A stretch of 64,000 bases of DNA from Deltaproteobacteria bacterium (lineage in GTDB: Bacteria > Desulfobacterota > Desulfovibrionia > Desulfovibrionales > Desulfovibrionaceae), in assembly GCA_031285295.1 (NCBI GenBank), contig JAITWK010000025.1:2967-66966 (forward strand). The letters are read 5' to 3'. A program made the position numbers and the translations under genes. Numbering within the stretch: position 1 is the stretch's first letter; each line of letters begins with the position of its first letter. The notes below the pieces were generated by a model. It ran no database searches and was not told where the DNA came from. It saw only the letters and a program-made list of their open reading frames with translations. Positions 27,236-35,815 of this stretch are shown here, in pieces.

Positions 27236-29296
27236 TTATTCTGCAACAGACGCTGCGGGTGCGGCACTCTGCGGCGTCAGGGTATAGCTGTAGCCTGGAG
27301 TAGAAGCAAAGGCCGGCGTCATGGAACCATTATCGTGTACGGTAAGCAGCACTTCCATTTCGCACCGTACAAGTGATTTCCCGCTGTCCAGCAGGCACGG
27401 CGTGATGTCTGCCGCAAAATTGGCATTAAGGCGTGTTATATGATCCGGTCTTTCTTCCGCAATGGCCTTGATGGAATAGACCGTTTCGCCCTTATCGTTG
27501 TGGCCATGCAATGCGATGTTGAACTCGGTCATACCGGGCTGAGGCAGGAGAATGCCGGAGAAGGCAAGTGCCTCACCCTGCGCTTTTGCGGTTATTTCAC
27601 CGGGTATGCTCTGGTTTGCCAGTGACATAAGGGCTGTCGCCACACGAGAATTTTTATCAGCCAGTTGAATAACAGCATCCATCGCCGCCAAATCCGAACT
27701 GTGATGGAATGTCGCGCCGAGGCTGCCCTCCTGAAAATTCTGGGGAATCTTCTCACCCGGCGCAAAGCTATGCCTGCCAATTTTGTATGTGGTGCGCAGA
27801 GCATCGACAATAAAGGTGTCCACTTTGTGGGCACTATCAATATTGTCGAGCCGGTATTGCAACCCGGCGAGCATGAGCTCTTGCGCTTCGTTTGAGAGCG
27901 TGCCTTCCGCTTTCAGAACACCCTGCCCGGAATACGGCGTAATCGTGGAAAGCGTGCCCAGGCCGCCCATTTCCTCACGGGTGAGAATCACTTCGTTGCC
28001 GATGCGCATCTCCGGGTGATCACCGTGGGCTTTCAGGGTATCTACCTGTTTTGCAAGCCATGCCGAGAATGTCGGCAAATCCTCAAGCTGGCTGATAACG
28101 GCTTCCATATTGGCAACCATCTGCTTAATGCCGCCGGCATCGGAAAAAGGAGAACCCTGCTCCATTGTCTGAATGGCCCGGTTCAGCATTGCCTGCGCCT
28201 GATCCTCAGTAATGGGTTTCTGGCAGAGAGTCATATATTCATCGGCAGTAGAATTGCGAATCCACCCCTGCACTCCCTGATAAAATTCCTTCACGTCTGT
28301 GGGGATGCGCTCGCGGTTGTTCTGGCCTTCAATAGCGAGCAGACCGGCGCGCTGCCTCAGGGAGGTAGTGAAGTTCATGGCGTGCTGGAAGATATCCTTG
28401 GCATTGCCGAAAAAGCGCTTAAAGCCTTTCCAGGCGGCAGAGGCCGAGCTGTCGTGATGCACCGTGCCGCTGCCCTTAAAAGAAATGCCCCGGCAGCCGT
28501 TGGGTTCCATCTTGACAAAGAGCATACGCGTATCCCCTGTTCCCTGCGGACCGCCTGCGGGGGCTTCGGAATCCCTGGGCAGCCTTGCGAACAGAACGGT
28601 TTTGCGGCTGTTGGGTGTTTCCACGTTGCGTATATCCACACCCCGCGATTTGAAGGCATCTCCAAGATGCTGGTAGTCCTTCATGTGGCTTGAGGAACGT
28701 CCGTAGGAATTGGCCTTCTCCAGAAAGGACTGAAGCAAGCCCTGGGGATCTTCCACAAACATGGCCCCTTCCCTGTACAGGGCCGGAGCATTGCCGCCAG
28801 AGGACTGCGCGGCCTTGGCGGAACCGAGAGCCTGCAAATACCACATCAGCTTGGCAACTTCCTTCTTATCAGCCCGTTCAGGATGACCGCCCTCCATGAT
28901 TGTGTCGAAAAGCTGCTTGCCCTCGGTGACGTAGTTCTGGATTTTCTGCGCGACATCAGGCCCTTTCACTCCCCTAGTGGGCATAAGCGCCACGGTGGCC
29001 TGGGAACCTTCGCCGATGCTGATCGGGATCACACCCGGTTGTGGGGGATTAGCGCGAATTTGCGTTGCCAGAGTTGTGAACTTGTCCGAGGTATCATTAT
29101 GTGCCAACTCCCCCCTGAGCACGGCTGGTGAAGCGTTTGGGAAACGCTGTTGGGCTTTCGCCAGAGTGTCCGCCGGGTTGGGGAGCAGGTGCCCGTACCT
29201 GAGTTCCTGAACCTGAGCTTCGTTTGCATTGGCAGGGTCGTTAAGCAGTCCGGCCGGAGCGTTCATAGCATTGCCGCTTATAGGTAGAGTAGACAT
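27236..29296 (-). CDS. candidate T3SS effector or secreted protein (686 aa), function unknown
   Basis: AGGAGGCATCT precedes ATG 29296 (MSTLPISGNAMNAPAG...). The N-terminus is Ser/Thr/Asn/Pro-rich with no signal peptide and no TM segment. Two class I chaperone genes follow, and a sigma-54 promoter lies upstream. Confidence 0.6.
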   Translation of the reverse strand: MSTLPISGNAMNAPAGLLNDPANANEAQVQELRYGHLLPNPADTLAKAQQRFPNASPAVLRGELAHNDTSDKFTTLATQIRANPPQPGVIPISIGEGSQATVALMPTRGVKGPDVAQKIQNYVTEGKQLFDTIMEGGHPERADKKEVAKLMWYLQALGSAKAAQSSGGNAPALYREGAMFVEDPQGLLQSFLEKANSYGRSSSHMKDYQHLGDAFKSRGVDIRNVETPNSRKTVLFARLPRDSEAPAGGPQGTGDTRMLFVKMEPNGCRGISFKGSGTVHHDSSASAAWKGFKRFFGNAKDIFQHAMNFTTSLRQRAGLLAIEGQNNRERIPTDVKEFYQGVQGWIRNSTADEYMTLCQKPITEDQAQAMLNRAIQTMEQGSPFSDAGGIKQMVANMEAVISQLEDLPTFSAWLAKQVDTLKAHGDHPEMRIGNEVILTREEMGGLGTLSTITPYSGQGVLKAEGTLSNEAQELMLAGLQYRLDNIDSAHKVDTFIVDALRTTYKIGRHSFAPGEKIPQNFQEGSLGATFHHSSDLAAMDAVIQLADKNSRVATALMSLANQSIPGEITAKAQGEALAFSGILLPQPGMTEFNIALHGHNDKGETVYSIKAIAEERPDHITRLNANFAADITPCLLDSGKSLVRCEMEVLLTVHDNGSMTPAFASTPGYSYTLTPQSAAPAASVAE

Positions 29297-29334
29297 AGAT
29301 GCCTCCTGGGTATCAGTGTTGATGCCTAAGGTAG

Positions 29335-29350
29335 AGCAAGGAATATGCCA
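29335..29350 (-). promoter_or_regulatory. sigma-54 (-24/-12) promoter
   Basis: The minus strand reads TGGCATattccTTGCT against the consensus TGGCACG-N4-TTGCW. GG and GC have the exact spacing. It lies 39 nt upstream of ATG 29296. Confidence 0.8.
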
Positions 29351-29485
29351 TAGGGGGCATCGTGTTGCCGTACAAGGGGCAGAGAGCACCCGGTATGAAC
29401 GTCAGCCTATAGGCAAGGCTTGCGTAGTCGGCAGTTAGACTGATGCGCGGATATCATCGGCAACAAAGTGGACAGGCTGTAACGC

Positions 29486-30835
29486 TCAAAACGTGAACGC
29501 CAGGCCAAGCGTCAGAAGATGTTGATCATAGGTATAGAGATCAGAGCTGGAGTTGTTGTTCGTATACTGCCAGCCCATCTCAAGCTGGACGCTCTCGGCA
29601 ATCTGTTTGATAACCATTGCGGACGCCCGCCATTGCGTATCTTTCCGCTTTGCATCGTCAAGAATTGTGGCTCCGCCTTTATAATCTTCGTTATGCCATG
29701 CGCCGCTGAGAATAAGTTCCGTTTCCCATGGCAGGTTCAGAAAGAGAAAAACGCCCGGTTCAATCCCGGAAAAGCTATACCGACGTTCATCGGTAGCACT
29801 CATATAACCCTTAACGCCGGCCATCAGGCTGTGCTTCGCCTCACCGAAAAACCAACGAGCATACGGGCCACCCCAGGCGTATGTGCCGCTGCGGTCTCTG
29901 ACCGCAATGTCCTCGCGGTGCTCAATGCCACCTTGTCCGATAAGATGCAGATTGTCCCGTGCGGCAAAGACCAATGATGCTTCGCTTCCATACAGAGCCA
30001 CGGATTTTTCCTCATTTTCCAGCAACAGTTCCGTTTTTAGGCGGACTTCAGCCATAAGAGAATTCTCAAGATAACGCAGACCAACGGCAGCTCTGCCGAA
30101 GGTCATATCCCGGCGCGGCGTAGTTTCATTGTACCAGCGCTGATATCCGGCCACATCACCCACCAGCCACCAGGGCGAATCCGCCGAGGCTCGCCAGCCC
30201 ATATCAATCACGCCATGCAGGTAGCTGCCCATTGACTCCCGCTCGGAACTCTCCCGGTCAAGATAGATAGGCAGTCTGCCAACCATAACGTCGCGCCCGG
30301 CGGGGCCGGTGGTCATATTGCTGTCGTAGATCATACCGCCCGCAAGGCGTCCTTTGACTCTGAAGCTATCGACCCGCTGTTCCATACTCGCAAGCGCCTT
30401 GCCCATATCGCCTTCGGCAATGGAAGGATCAAGCCGTTTCGCCTCGGCCAGTTCCGCTTTTGCCGCTTCATTCTGTCCCATGGTCAGCAGCAAATGGGCG
30501 AGTTCCAGGCGCAGTATGGCATTCTCCGGCAAAGTTTCGATAAGACGTTCGTAAGCCATGCGGGAATGGTTGTATTTCCCGGCGAGCTTGGCGGAACGCG
30601 CCAAAGCCAGGTTGACCTCGAAATCATCCGGGGTTTCGCGCAACAGGTTCAGATACAGCGCGAAGGCTCCGGCATGATCCCCGGACTGCATCAAAGATGC
30701 GGCGTCTGCCTTGCCGGAAGACAGGGATGCCGCTACCGCCGCGCTGGCAGAAAAAGACCAGAGCGGCGGCAGCAGGGTGATAGTCAGAAACAGAACCAGA
30801 ACGGCATGGCGGAAGAGTGGCATGGTATTCTTCAT
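29486..30835 (-). CDS. outer-membrane protein with N-terminal TPR and C-terminal beta-barrel, Slam/DUF560-like (type XI secretion candidate)
   Basis: 449 aa. Signal peptide, then TPR-like helices (GAFALYLNLLRETPDDFEVNLALARSA..., MGQNEAAKAELAEAKRLDP). About 290 aa of alternating beta-strand pattern follows (GGMIYDSNMTTGP...). It ends in the OMP-type LTLGLAFTF. Confidence 0.5.
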   Translation of the reverse strand: MKNTMPLFRHAVLVLFLTITLLPPLWSFSASAAVAASLSSGKADAASLMQSGDHAGAFALYLNLLRETPDDFEVNLALARSAKLAGKYNHSRMAYERLIETLPENAILRLELAHLLLTMGQNEAAKAELAEAKRLDPSIAEGDMGKALASMEQRVDSFRVKGRLAGGMIYDSNMTTGPAGRDVMVGRLPIYLDRESSERESMGSYLHGVIDMGWRASADSPWWLVGDVAGYQRWYNETTPRRDMTFGRAAVGLRYLENSLMAEVRLKTELLLENEEKSVALYGSEASLVFAARDNLHLIGQGGIEHREDIAVRDRSGTYAWGGPYARWFFGEAKHSLMAGVKGYMSATDERRYSFSGIEPGVFLFLNLPWETELILSGAWHNEDYKGGATILDDAKRKDTQWRASAMVIKQIAESVQLEMGWQYTNNNSSSDLYTYDQHLLTLGLAFTF

Positions 30836-30837
30836 GG

Positions 30838-32043
30838 TTATTGTTTAACACCGTGTCCGCTGCCGCTGCCGGAACTACCACCCACTGCGCCTGAATAATT
30901 GAGATTCATATCCCTGCCGTTCGTTTTTCCTGTCACGTTCAGATGATCACCAGATTGGCCCAGAGGAGCTTCCACACCCAAGTCCACCAAAGGGTCATTC
31001 GGAAGAGCCGTAAAGCTGAAGTTCCCCCCTTTGTCCAGCGTCGCGATATTGCCGCTTCCACTGACACTGAAGGCCAGGTTCGCCAGCCCCCCATCATCAA
31101 TCTGCATGTCAACAGAATTGATCGTAGGTGTATTTGCGAGATCCGCAATGCCTATGCTGAAACTGCCGGTTCCGGGGTTGCCGCCGAAATTTGCGCTCAG
31201 CGTGCCCGCATAGGTTCCGCTGAACGATGCCACCTGCTGCAAGTCGGCTCCGGGCTTTGCTATGCCCGTTCCACCGGAACCCGGATCCAGCACAACATGA
31301 TCATCCTGCGGAATAAACGGTGCTTCCGGCACTTCCACCTGCGCAAGATCCAGAGGAAGCGTTGTCGTTTCCTGTGCATCAGCAATTTCGCCCACAGAGA
31401 GAAAGCCCTGTTCCGGGCCGTCTGTTGCTCCCTTACGGAAAAGCAGCGTGGTGCCGGGTATACCCATGGGATATGCCTGACCAGTCAGCTTGTCGCGGAT
31501 GTAGAGGGAGTTGGGTGAAGAGGACTGCACCAGGATAACCTTGGTAGCGTCCGCAATCTTTTCCACAATGACCTCGGTTCCTCTGATACCTACCTGTACC
31601 TCAGAGGTTTCCACACTCATGGCGCTGGGATCACCTTCGGTTATTCTGCCGCTGATCAGACGGGTCACGCCCTTGGCAAGATCCAGATTCAGCGCATTTT
31701 TCACGCTCCCGCTCTCGGAATAGATATATTCAGTGATGGTCGCCTGGGAATCCGGGGCCAGCATCAGCACGGAATCATCCAGAAACAGAACGTTGAGCCT
31801 GCCGACCGGGCTGGTGTTCAGCGTATCGCCGGAAAACACCGGACTTTTTCCGGCCAGCGGTTCCTGCGTTGCTGCCCGGTCAGCCCAGGCTTGTTTACGG
31901 GCGGCGATAACATTACCCGCAGTTTCCACGCCAAGAGCGGGGCTGACCGCAAACACGGCGATCAAAACCGCGAAAAGCGGTGCGGTAAAAAAGGGACACT
32001 GCCATAAGGGGCGGGTTACGCATTGCATGGCATCCTCCATCAT
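30838..32043 (-). CDS. secreted FecR-domain protein with a Gly-rich beta C-terminal domain
   Basis: Signal peptide (LFAVLIAVFAVSPALG). The FecR-like part includes VFSGDTLNTSPVGRLNVLFLDDSVLMLAPDSQATI and VGIRGTEVIV. The C-terminal part reads FSGTYAGTLSANFGGNPGTGSFSIGI...LAFSVSGSG...FSFTAL...LNVTGK. The gap to the Slam-like gene is 2 nt (stop at 30838, next start at 30835). Confidence 0.6.
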   Translation of the reverse strand: MMEDAMQCVTRPLWQCPFFTAPLFAVLIAVFAVSPALGVETAGNVIAARKQAWADRAATQEPLAGKSPVFSGDTLNTSPVGRLNVLFLDDSVLMLAPDSQATITEYIYSESGSVKNALNLDLAKGVTRLISGRITEGDPSAMSVETSEVQVGIRGTEVIVEKIADATKVILVQSSSPNSLYIRDKLTGQAYPMGIPGTTLLFRKGATDGPEQGFLSVGEIADAQETTTLPLDLAQVEVPEAPFIPQDDHVVLDPGSGGTGIAKPGADLQQVASFSGTYAGTLSANFGGNPGTGSFSIGIADLANTPTINSVDMQIDDGGLANLAFSVSGSGNIATLDKGGNFSFTALPNDPLVDLGVEAPLGQSGDHLNVTGKTNGRDMNLNYSGAVGGSSGSGSGHGVKQ

Positions 32044-32062
32044 TCGTAAATTGCTCAGGTTG

Positions 32063-32878
32063 TCAGCGCGGGGGCGCGATTACATAGTGCTTTGTCAACA
32101 CCAGCAGCAGCACCGGGGGGTCAAAGCCCAATCTGGCAGCCGTAGCTGTATTCAGTGAAAACAGGGGCGGCAGATTCGGAGTGAAAGTTGCATCTTCCAT
32201 GCCAGAGCCTTCCTGCATAAGAAAAGCGGCCAGTTCCCGATTCAGGCGCTCACCGTTACCGGCCCACGGTGCTATAAGCGCACCATGTTCCGTAGCGGTA
32301 TGGTCGGTGGCACTGATGGGCATGATGCCCCGGCTGAGCAAAAGTTCCAGCAATTCCGCAGAATTCTGATTGTCCGGCGCAAAGCAAGCGGAGCCATCAA
32401 GCAACAACGCGTCTATTTCGTCGAAAAACAAGGAATCTACGGCTTCGCGGCATCCAGCGGCATCTGCCTGCTGCAAATCCGTATAAGTAAAGAGTGTAAA
32501 CCCGGAACTGCCTGCCCCGGAGGAGTATAGTTTTGATGCGGCAACTTTGTTGGCGGCATCCAGCAACAGCGTCGAAATACCTTGCTCTTCGGCAGGGGCT
32601 GATTCCGGCGCTTTGATGCTGCCAAGGCGCGAGAACTGCGTGACCTCGTGCAAGGTTAGCACGAGGTTGATCCAGACTTCCTTGTTTTCCCGCAAGGCAC
32701 CGGGGATGCCGTTGAAGGAGGCAGACGGGCTTTGCCCGTCGCGGGCACAGGGGGGCGCCGGGGGGGGAGTCCCCCCGATATGATCCGAAGGCGCGGCTAA
32801 ACAAGAATGCCGTGCGTCCAGAAGGAGGAAGACGACGCATGACAGGCATATGAAAATGACAGCAAAGAGGGTTCGCAT
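32063..32878 (-). CDS. periplasmic protein, ABC_sub_bind/YfiR-like C-terminus (weak)
   Basis: Signal peptide MRTLFAVIFICLSCVVFLLL. The C-terminal FSLNTATAARLGFDPPVLLLVLTKHYVI resembles the end of uncharacterised ABC-type substrate-binding proteins. Confidence 0.4.
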   Translation of the reverse strand: MRTLFAVIFICLSCVVFLLLDARHSCLAAPSDHIGGTPPPAPPCARDGQSPSASFNGIPGALRENKEVWINLVLTLHEVTQFSRLGSIKAPESAPAEEQGISTLLLDAANKVAASKLYSSGAGSSGFTLFTYTDLQQADAAGCREAVDSLFFDEIDALLLDGSACFAPDNQNSAELLELLLSRGIMPISATDHTATEHGALIAPWAGNGERLNRELAAFLMQEGSGMEDATFTPNLPPLFSLNTATAARLGFDPPVLLLVLTKHYVIAPPR

Positions 32879-32884
32879 AAAAGC

Positions 32885-32905
32885 GGGTATGCAATTTGCA
32901 TTCCC
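32885..32905. promoter_or_regulatory. 21-bp near-perfect palindrome giving sigma-54-like GG-N10-GC on both strands
   Basis: GGGTATGCAATTTGCATTCCC, with 9 of 10 arm positions pairing. The plus strand gives GG(32886-7)...TTTGCA(32895-32900). The minus strand gives GGAATGCAAATTGCA. It lies in the 56-bp divergent spacer. Confidence 0.45.
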
Positions 32906-32934
32906 GGAAAAGATATAAACGAGGGGAAAAACAT

Positions 32935-33264
32935 ATGGATATAACTGTCTCGCAAGATGGCCGCTTCACGCTTGTTGCCTTACGCGGCGTTCTCGATGCC
33001 CTTACCGCGCCAGAGCTTGAGGAAAAAAATCAGCAAATTGTTGATAACGGCGCAACCATTGTCATTCTTGATCTTTCAGCCATGGAGTTCATCAGTTCAG
33101 CGGGTCTGCGTGTGTTTCTATCGCTGGCCAAAGCGCTGCGAAAAACGGGAGGAGAAATTCGTTTTGCAGGCTTGCAGGAGGCCATACGCGAAGTGTTCGC
33201 CATTTCCGGCTTTACAAAAATGTTCGCCGTTTTTCCTGATGCTGCTACAGCGGCCAAGGATTAG
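32935..33264 (+). CDS. STAS-domain anti-sigma-factor antagonist (SpoIIAA/RsbV/BtrV-like)
   Basis: MDITVSQDGRFTLVALRGVLDALTAPELEE...LDLSAMEFISSAGLRVFL carries the conserved phosphorylatable Ser context. Confidence 0.88.
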   Translation: MDITVSQDGRFTLVALRGVLDALTAPELEEKNQQIVDNGATIVILDLSAMEFISSAGLRVFLSLAKALRKTGGEIRFAGLQEAIREVFAISGFTKMFAVFPDAATAAKD

Positions 33265-33282
33265 CCTCATAAGGGGGAGCGA

Positions 33283-33771
33283 GTGCAAACGCTTTCATGC
33301 ATAACCACAGCGGAAGACATCCGCCTGGTGGAAAACTCAATCCTTGCCATTGCCGATGAGCGGGCGGTCGATTCGCTTTCCCGTGCCCGGATGCAACTGG
33401 TTCTTGATGAGATGCTTACCAATATCCGTTTCCACAGTTACCCGGAAGGTCCGGGCTCTATTCATATCATTATCTATCCGCAGGTCGGTGACGGAGACTT
33501 CATTCTCCATTGTGTCATCCAGGATTGGGGGCCTGAGTTCAATCCCCTGGTCGATAGCCCAAAGCCAGAATTGTGGGAAAATATTGAAGAAAGGCCCATC
33601 GGTGGTCTGGGACTACATCTGGTTCACAATATGCGCTGCGGTCTCAGATATGAGCGGGTACGGGAAGGTGCGCCATCTGCGGGCCGGAACGAGCTTACAC
33701 TCAGCTTTCCCCTGCGCTGCGGGCCGGGGGGATTACCGGAGAAATTCACTCCGCCGGGTAGCTCCTCCTGA
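33283..33771 (+). CDS. anti-sigma-factor-type Ser/Thr kinase (RsbW/SpoIIAB/BtrW-like, HATPase_c)
   Basis: N-box LVLDEMLTNIRFHSY, G1 IQDWGPEFNP and G2 RPIGGLGLHLV. GTG start preceded by GGGGGAG. Confidence 0.85.
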   Translation: MQTLSCITTAEDIRLVENSILAIADERAVDSLSRARMQLVLDEMLTNIRFHSYPEGPGSIHIIIYPQVGDGDFILHCVIQDWGPEFNPLVDSPKPELWENIEERPIGGLGLHLVHNMRCGLRYERVREGAPSAGRNELTLSFPLRCGPGGLPEKFTPPGSSS

Positions 33772-35747
33772 TGCTGCGCTCCATAAGAACCCGATCTATC
33801 AGAACCAGACTGGCCTTTGCTGGCGCTATTCTGGTTCTTTTGACTGCCGGAAGTCTTATGTGGTTCGCGCACAAGGACACCGTTACCGCCTTGCGTACCC
33901 TAGAGCGCCAAGGGCTCAACAATGTGATCTATCTTCTGGAACGCGAGCTGACCGCCGCGCATAGTGACGCCCTGAAGGCCAAAATCACGGCTGTGGAAAA
34001 TATAAAAACCATGCTCCGCCAGACGGGGGAGGCGGCATGCGCCATTCTGGGCGAAACCGCCGACATGGAAGAATCTCAAAGACGTGAGTTACTCTCCCTC
34101 TGGGCGGATACTCCGGCTGTTCCGGATCTTCATATCCGTTTTTTTCAGATCGATGAGGACGCAGAGGGGTTACACCCATCGTGGCCTCGGGGGGCTACGG
34201 GGGGTGCAGCCCCTCGGCATGAATACAAGGCTCTGCCCGAACCAGCACAAAAAGCCATACCATCCCTTCTGGCAGGCAGCGCCGGTGAATTCATTCCTGA
34301 TGGTGAAGCTCTGGCCTGGATAACCAAACATGACAACATGGTTGTGCTGTGTTCCTACTCTCTCAAAGATGCGGTTGACGCGGCGAAAGCAAATCTTGCG
34401 GTTGTGGCGGAGCGTTTCAAAGAATTATTGCGGCAGGTTGACATACAGGAAACCGGGTTCGCCGCCGTACTGGATGCTTCCGGCCGTATTGTGGCAGGGC
34501 CTGAGCATGCGGTCATTCCGGACAAACTGTGTGAAACACTTCTCGCTGGAACATTTTCCGGCGCAGCGCGGCGCGTCATGGTTCTCCGGGAGGAAGGTGA
34601 AAGCGATCAGGCCAAAAGTGCATCACCTAGCGAAACCCTTTATCTTCTCGGCTATTTTCGTCCGCTGCAATGGCATATCGTGCTGTCCGCCCCTTTGGAT
34701 GAATTGGAAGCTCCCGCCTACGCGCTTGTGGACGGGCAACTGCGAATAACCTTTGCCGTGCTAGCGGCCGGACTCCTGCTGGGCTTTATCATCGCAGCCC
34801 GCATCGCAAAGCCGATCCGCCGTTTGGCAAACCTTGCCAGAGAGTTGCCGGAGCAGGACATTTTAAGTCTTGATACTGCCGCTTTGACCAGGAAACTGCC
34901 CTTACGGCGCAAGGATGAGATCGGCGAACTGGCTCAGGCGTTTGGGCACATGGCTAAAGAATTGCAAACAAACGTCACACGTTTGGTCGAATCCACAGCC
35001 GTGCGCCAACGCATGGAAAAAGAGCTGCAAGTTGCCCGCGACATACAGTATGGCATTCTGCCAACGGTTTTTCCTGTAGGTACAGCGGTTGATCTGTATG
35101 CCGCCATGCGAACCGCCAGAGAAGTTGGCGGGGATCTCTATGACTTTTTCTTCCTCGATGAGCGCCGTCTCTGCTTCGCCATCGGCGATGTGTCGGACAA
35201 GAGTATTCCGGCGGCACTCTTTATGAGCATGACCGTGACCCTGCTCCGGGTCGCCATGCGTGACGAAGGCCTGTCGCCGGAAGCGGCTATGGCCCGCGTG
35301 AATGACGCCTTGGCGGCTGACAACCCCCGCATCATGTTTGTCACTCTGTGCATCGGCGTGCTTGATATGGTTTCAGGCGAGGTAGTGTACAGCAGTGCCG
35401 GGCATATGCCCCCTGTGCTGATAGGCGAGAGCGGCGCATGTTCCCTTCCGCGCTCCGGTGATATGGTGGCCGGTGTTTTTGAGGGAGACAGCTTTGTCAG
35501 CATACGGCACGTTATGCAGCCCGGCGAGACTCTTTTTCTCTATACCGACGGCGTTTCCGAGGCCATGAATGCCGCGAGGGAACAATATGGAGAGAAACGC
35601 CTTTTAGCGCATCTGACGGATTGCTACGGCATACCCTCTACCGAAACGGTCGGTTCCGTCTTCCGAACCGTGGATGAACACGCGGGCGACGAAGAGCAGT
35701 CCGATGATATAGCCATCCTGACAATACGCTACCTTGGTAAACGCTGA
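33771..35747 (+). CDS. membrane sensor PP2C (SpoIIE/RsbU/BtrU-like) phosphatase with a periplasmic domain and HAMP
   Basis: TM1 (LAFAGAILVLLTAGSLMWFA), about 290 aa extracytoplasmic, then TM2. HAMP region (RRKDEIGELAQAFGHMAKEL). The PP2C part includes ARDIQYGILP, REVGGDLYDFFFLDERRLCFAIGDVSDKSIPAALFMS, YSSAGHMPP, LYTDGVSEA and DDIAILTIR. Confidence 0.9.
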   Translation: MLRSIRTRSIRTRLAFAGAILVLLTAGSLMWFAHKDTVTALRTLERQGLNNVIYLLERELTAAHSDALKAKITAVENIKTMLRQTGEAACAILGETADMEESQRRELLSLWADTPAVPDLHIRFFQIDEDAEGLHPSWPRGATGGAAPRHEYKALPEPAQKAIPSLLAGSAGEFIPDGEALAWITKHDNMVVLCSYSLKDAVDAAKANLAVVAERFKELLRQVDIQETGFAAVLDASGRIVAGPEHAVIPDKLCETLLAGTFSGAARRVMVLREEGESDQAKSASPSETLYLLGYFRPLQWHIVLSAPLDELEAPAYALVDGQLRITFAVLAAGLLLGFIIAARIAKPIRRLANLARELPEQDILSLDTAALTRKLPLRRKDEIGELAQAFGHMAKELQTNVTRLVESTAVRQRMEKELQVARDIQYGILPTVFPVGTAVDLYAAMRTAREVGGDLYDFFFLDERRLCFAIGDVSDKSIPAALFMSMTVTLLRVAMRDEGLSPEAAMARVNDALAADNPRIMFVTLCIGVLDMVSGEVVYSSAGHMPPVLIGESGACSLPRSGDMVAGVFEGDSFVSIRHVMQPGETLFLYTDGVSEAMNAAREQYGEKRLLAHLTDCYGIPSTETVGSVFRTVDEHAGDEEQSDDIAILTIRYLGKR

Positions 35748-35815
35748 TTTGTTTCGTTTGGGCTGAGTCAGGCTTGTTTTTCCTTCGGGTAATGGACGGA
35801 AGAGCCCACTCCCCT

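Noticed and set aside
27236-29296. Looked for catalytic signatures in the 686-aa effector candidate: CX5R phosphatase as in SopB/IpgD, HExxH, GxSxG, and a kinase HRD.
   Set aside because: None present convincingly. NGCRGISFKG lacks the Arg of CX5R. Function is left unknown rather than guessed.
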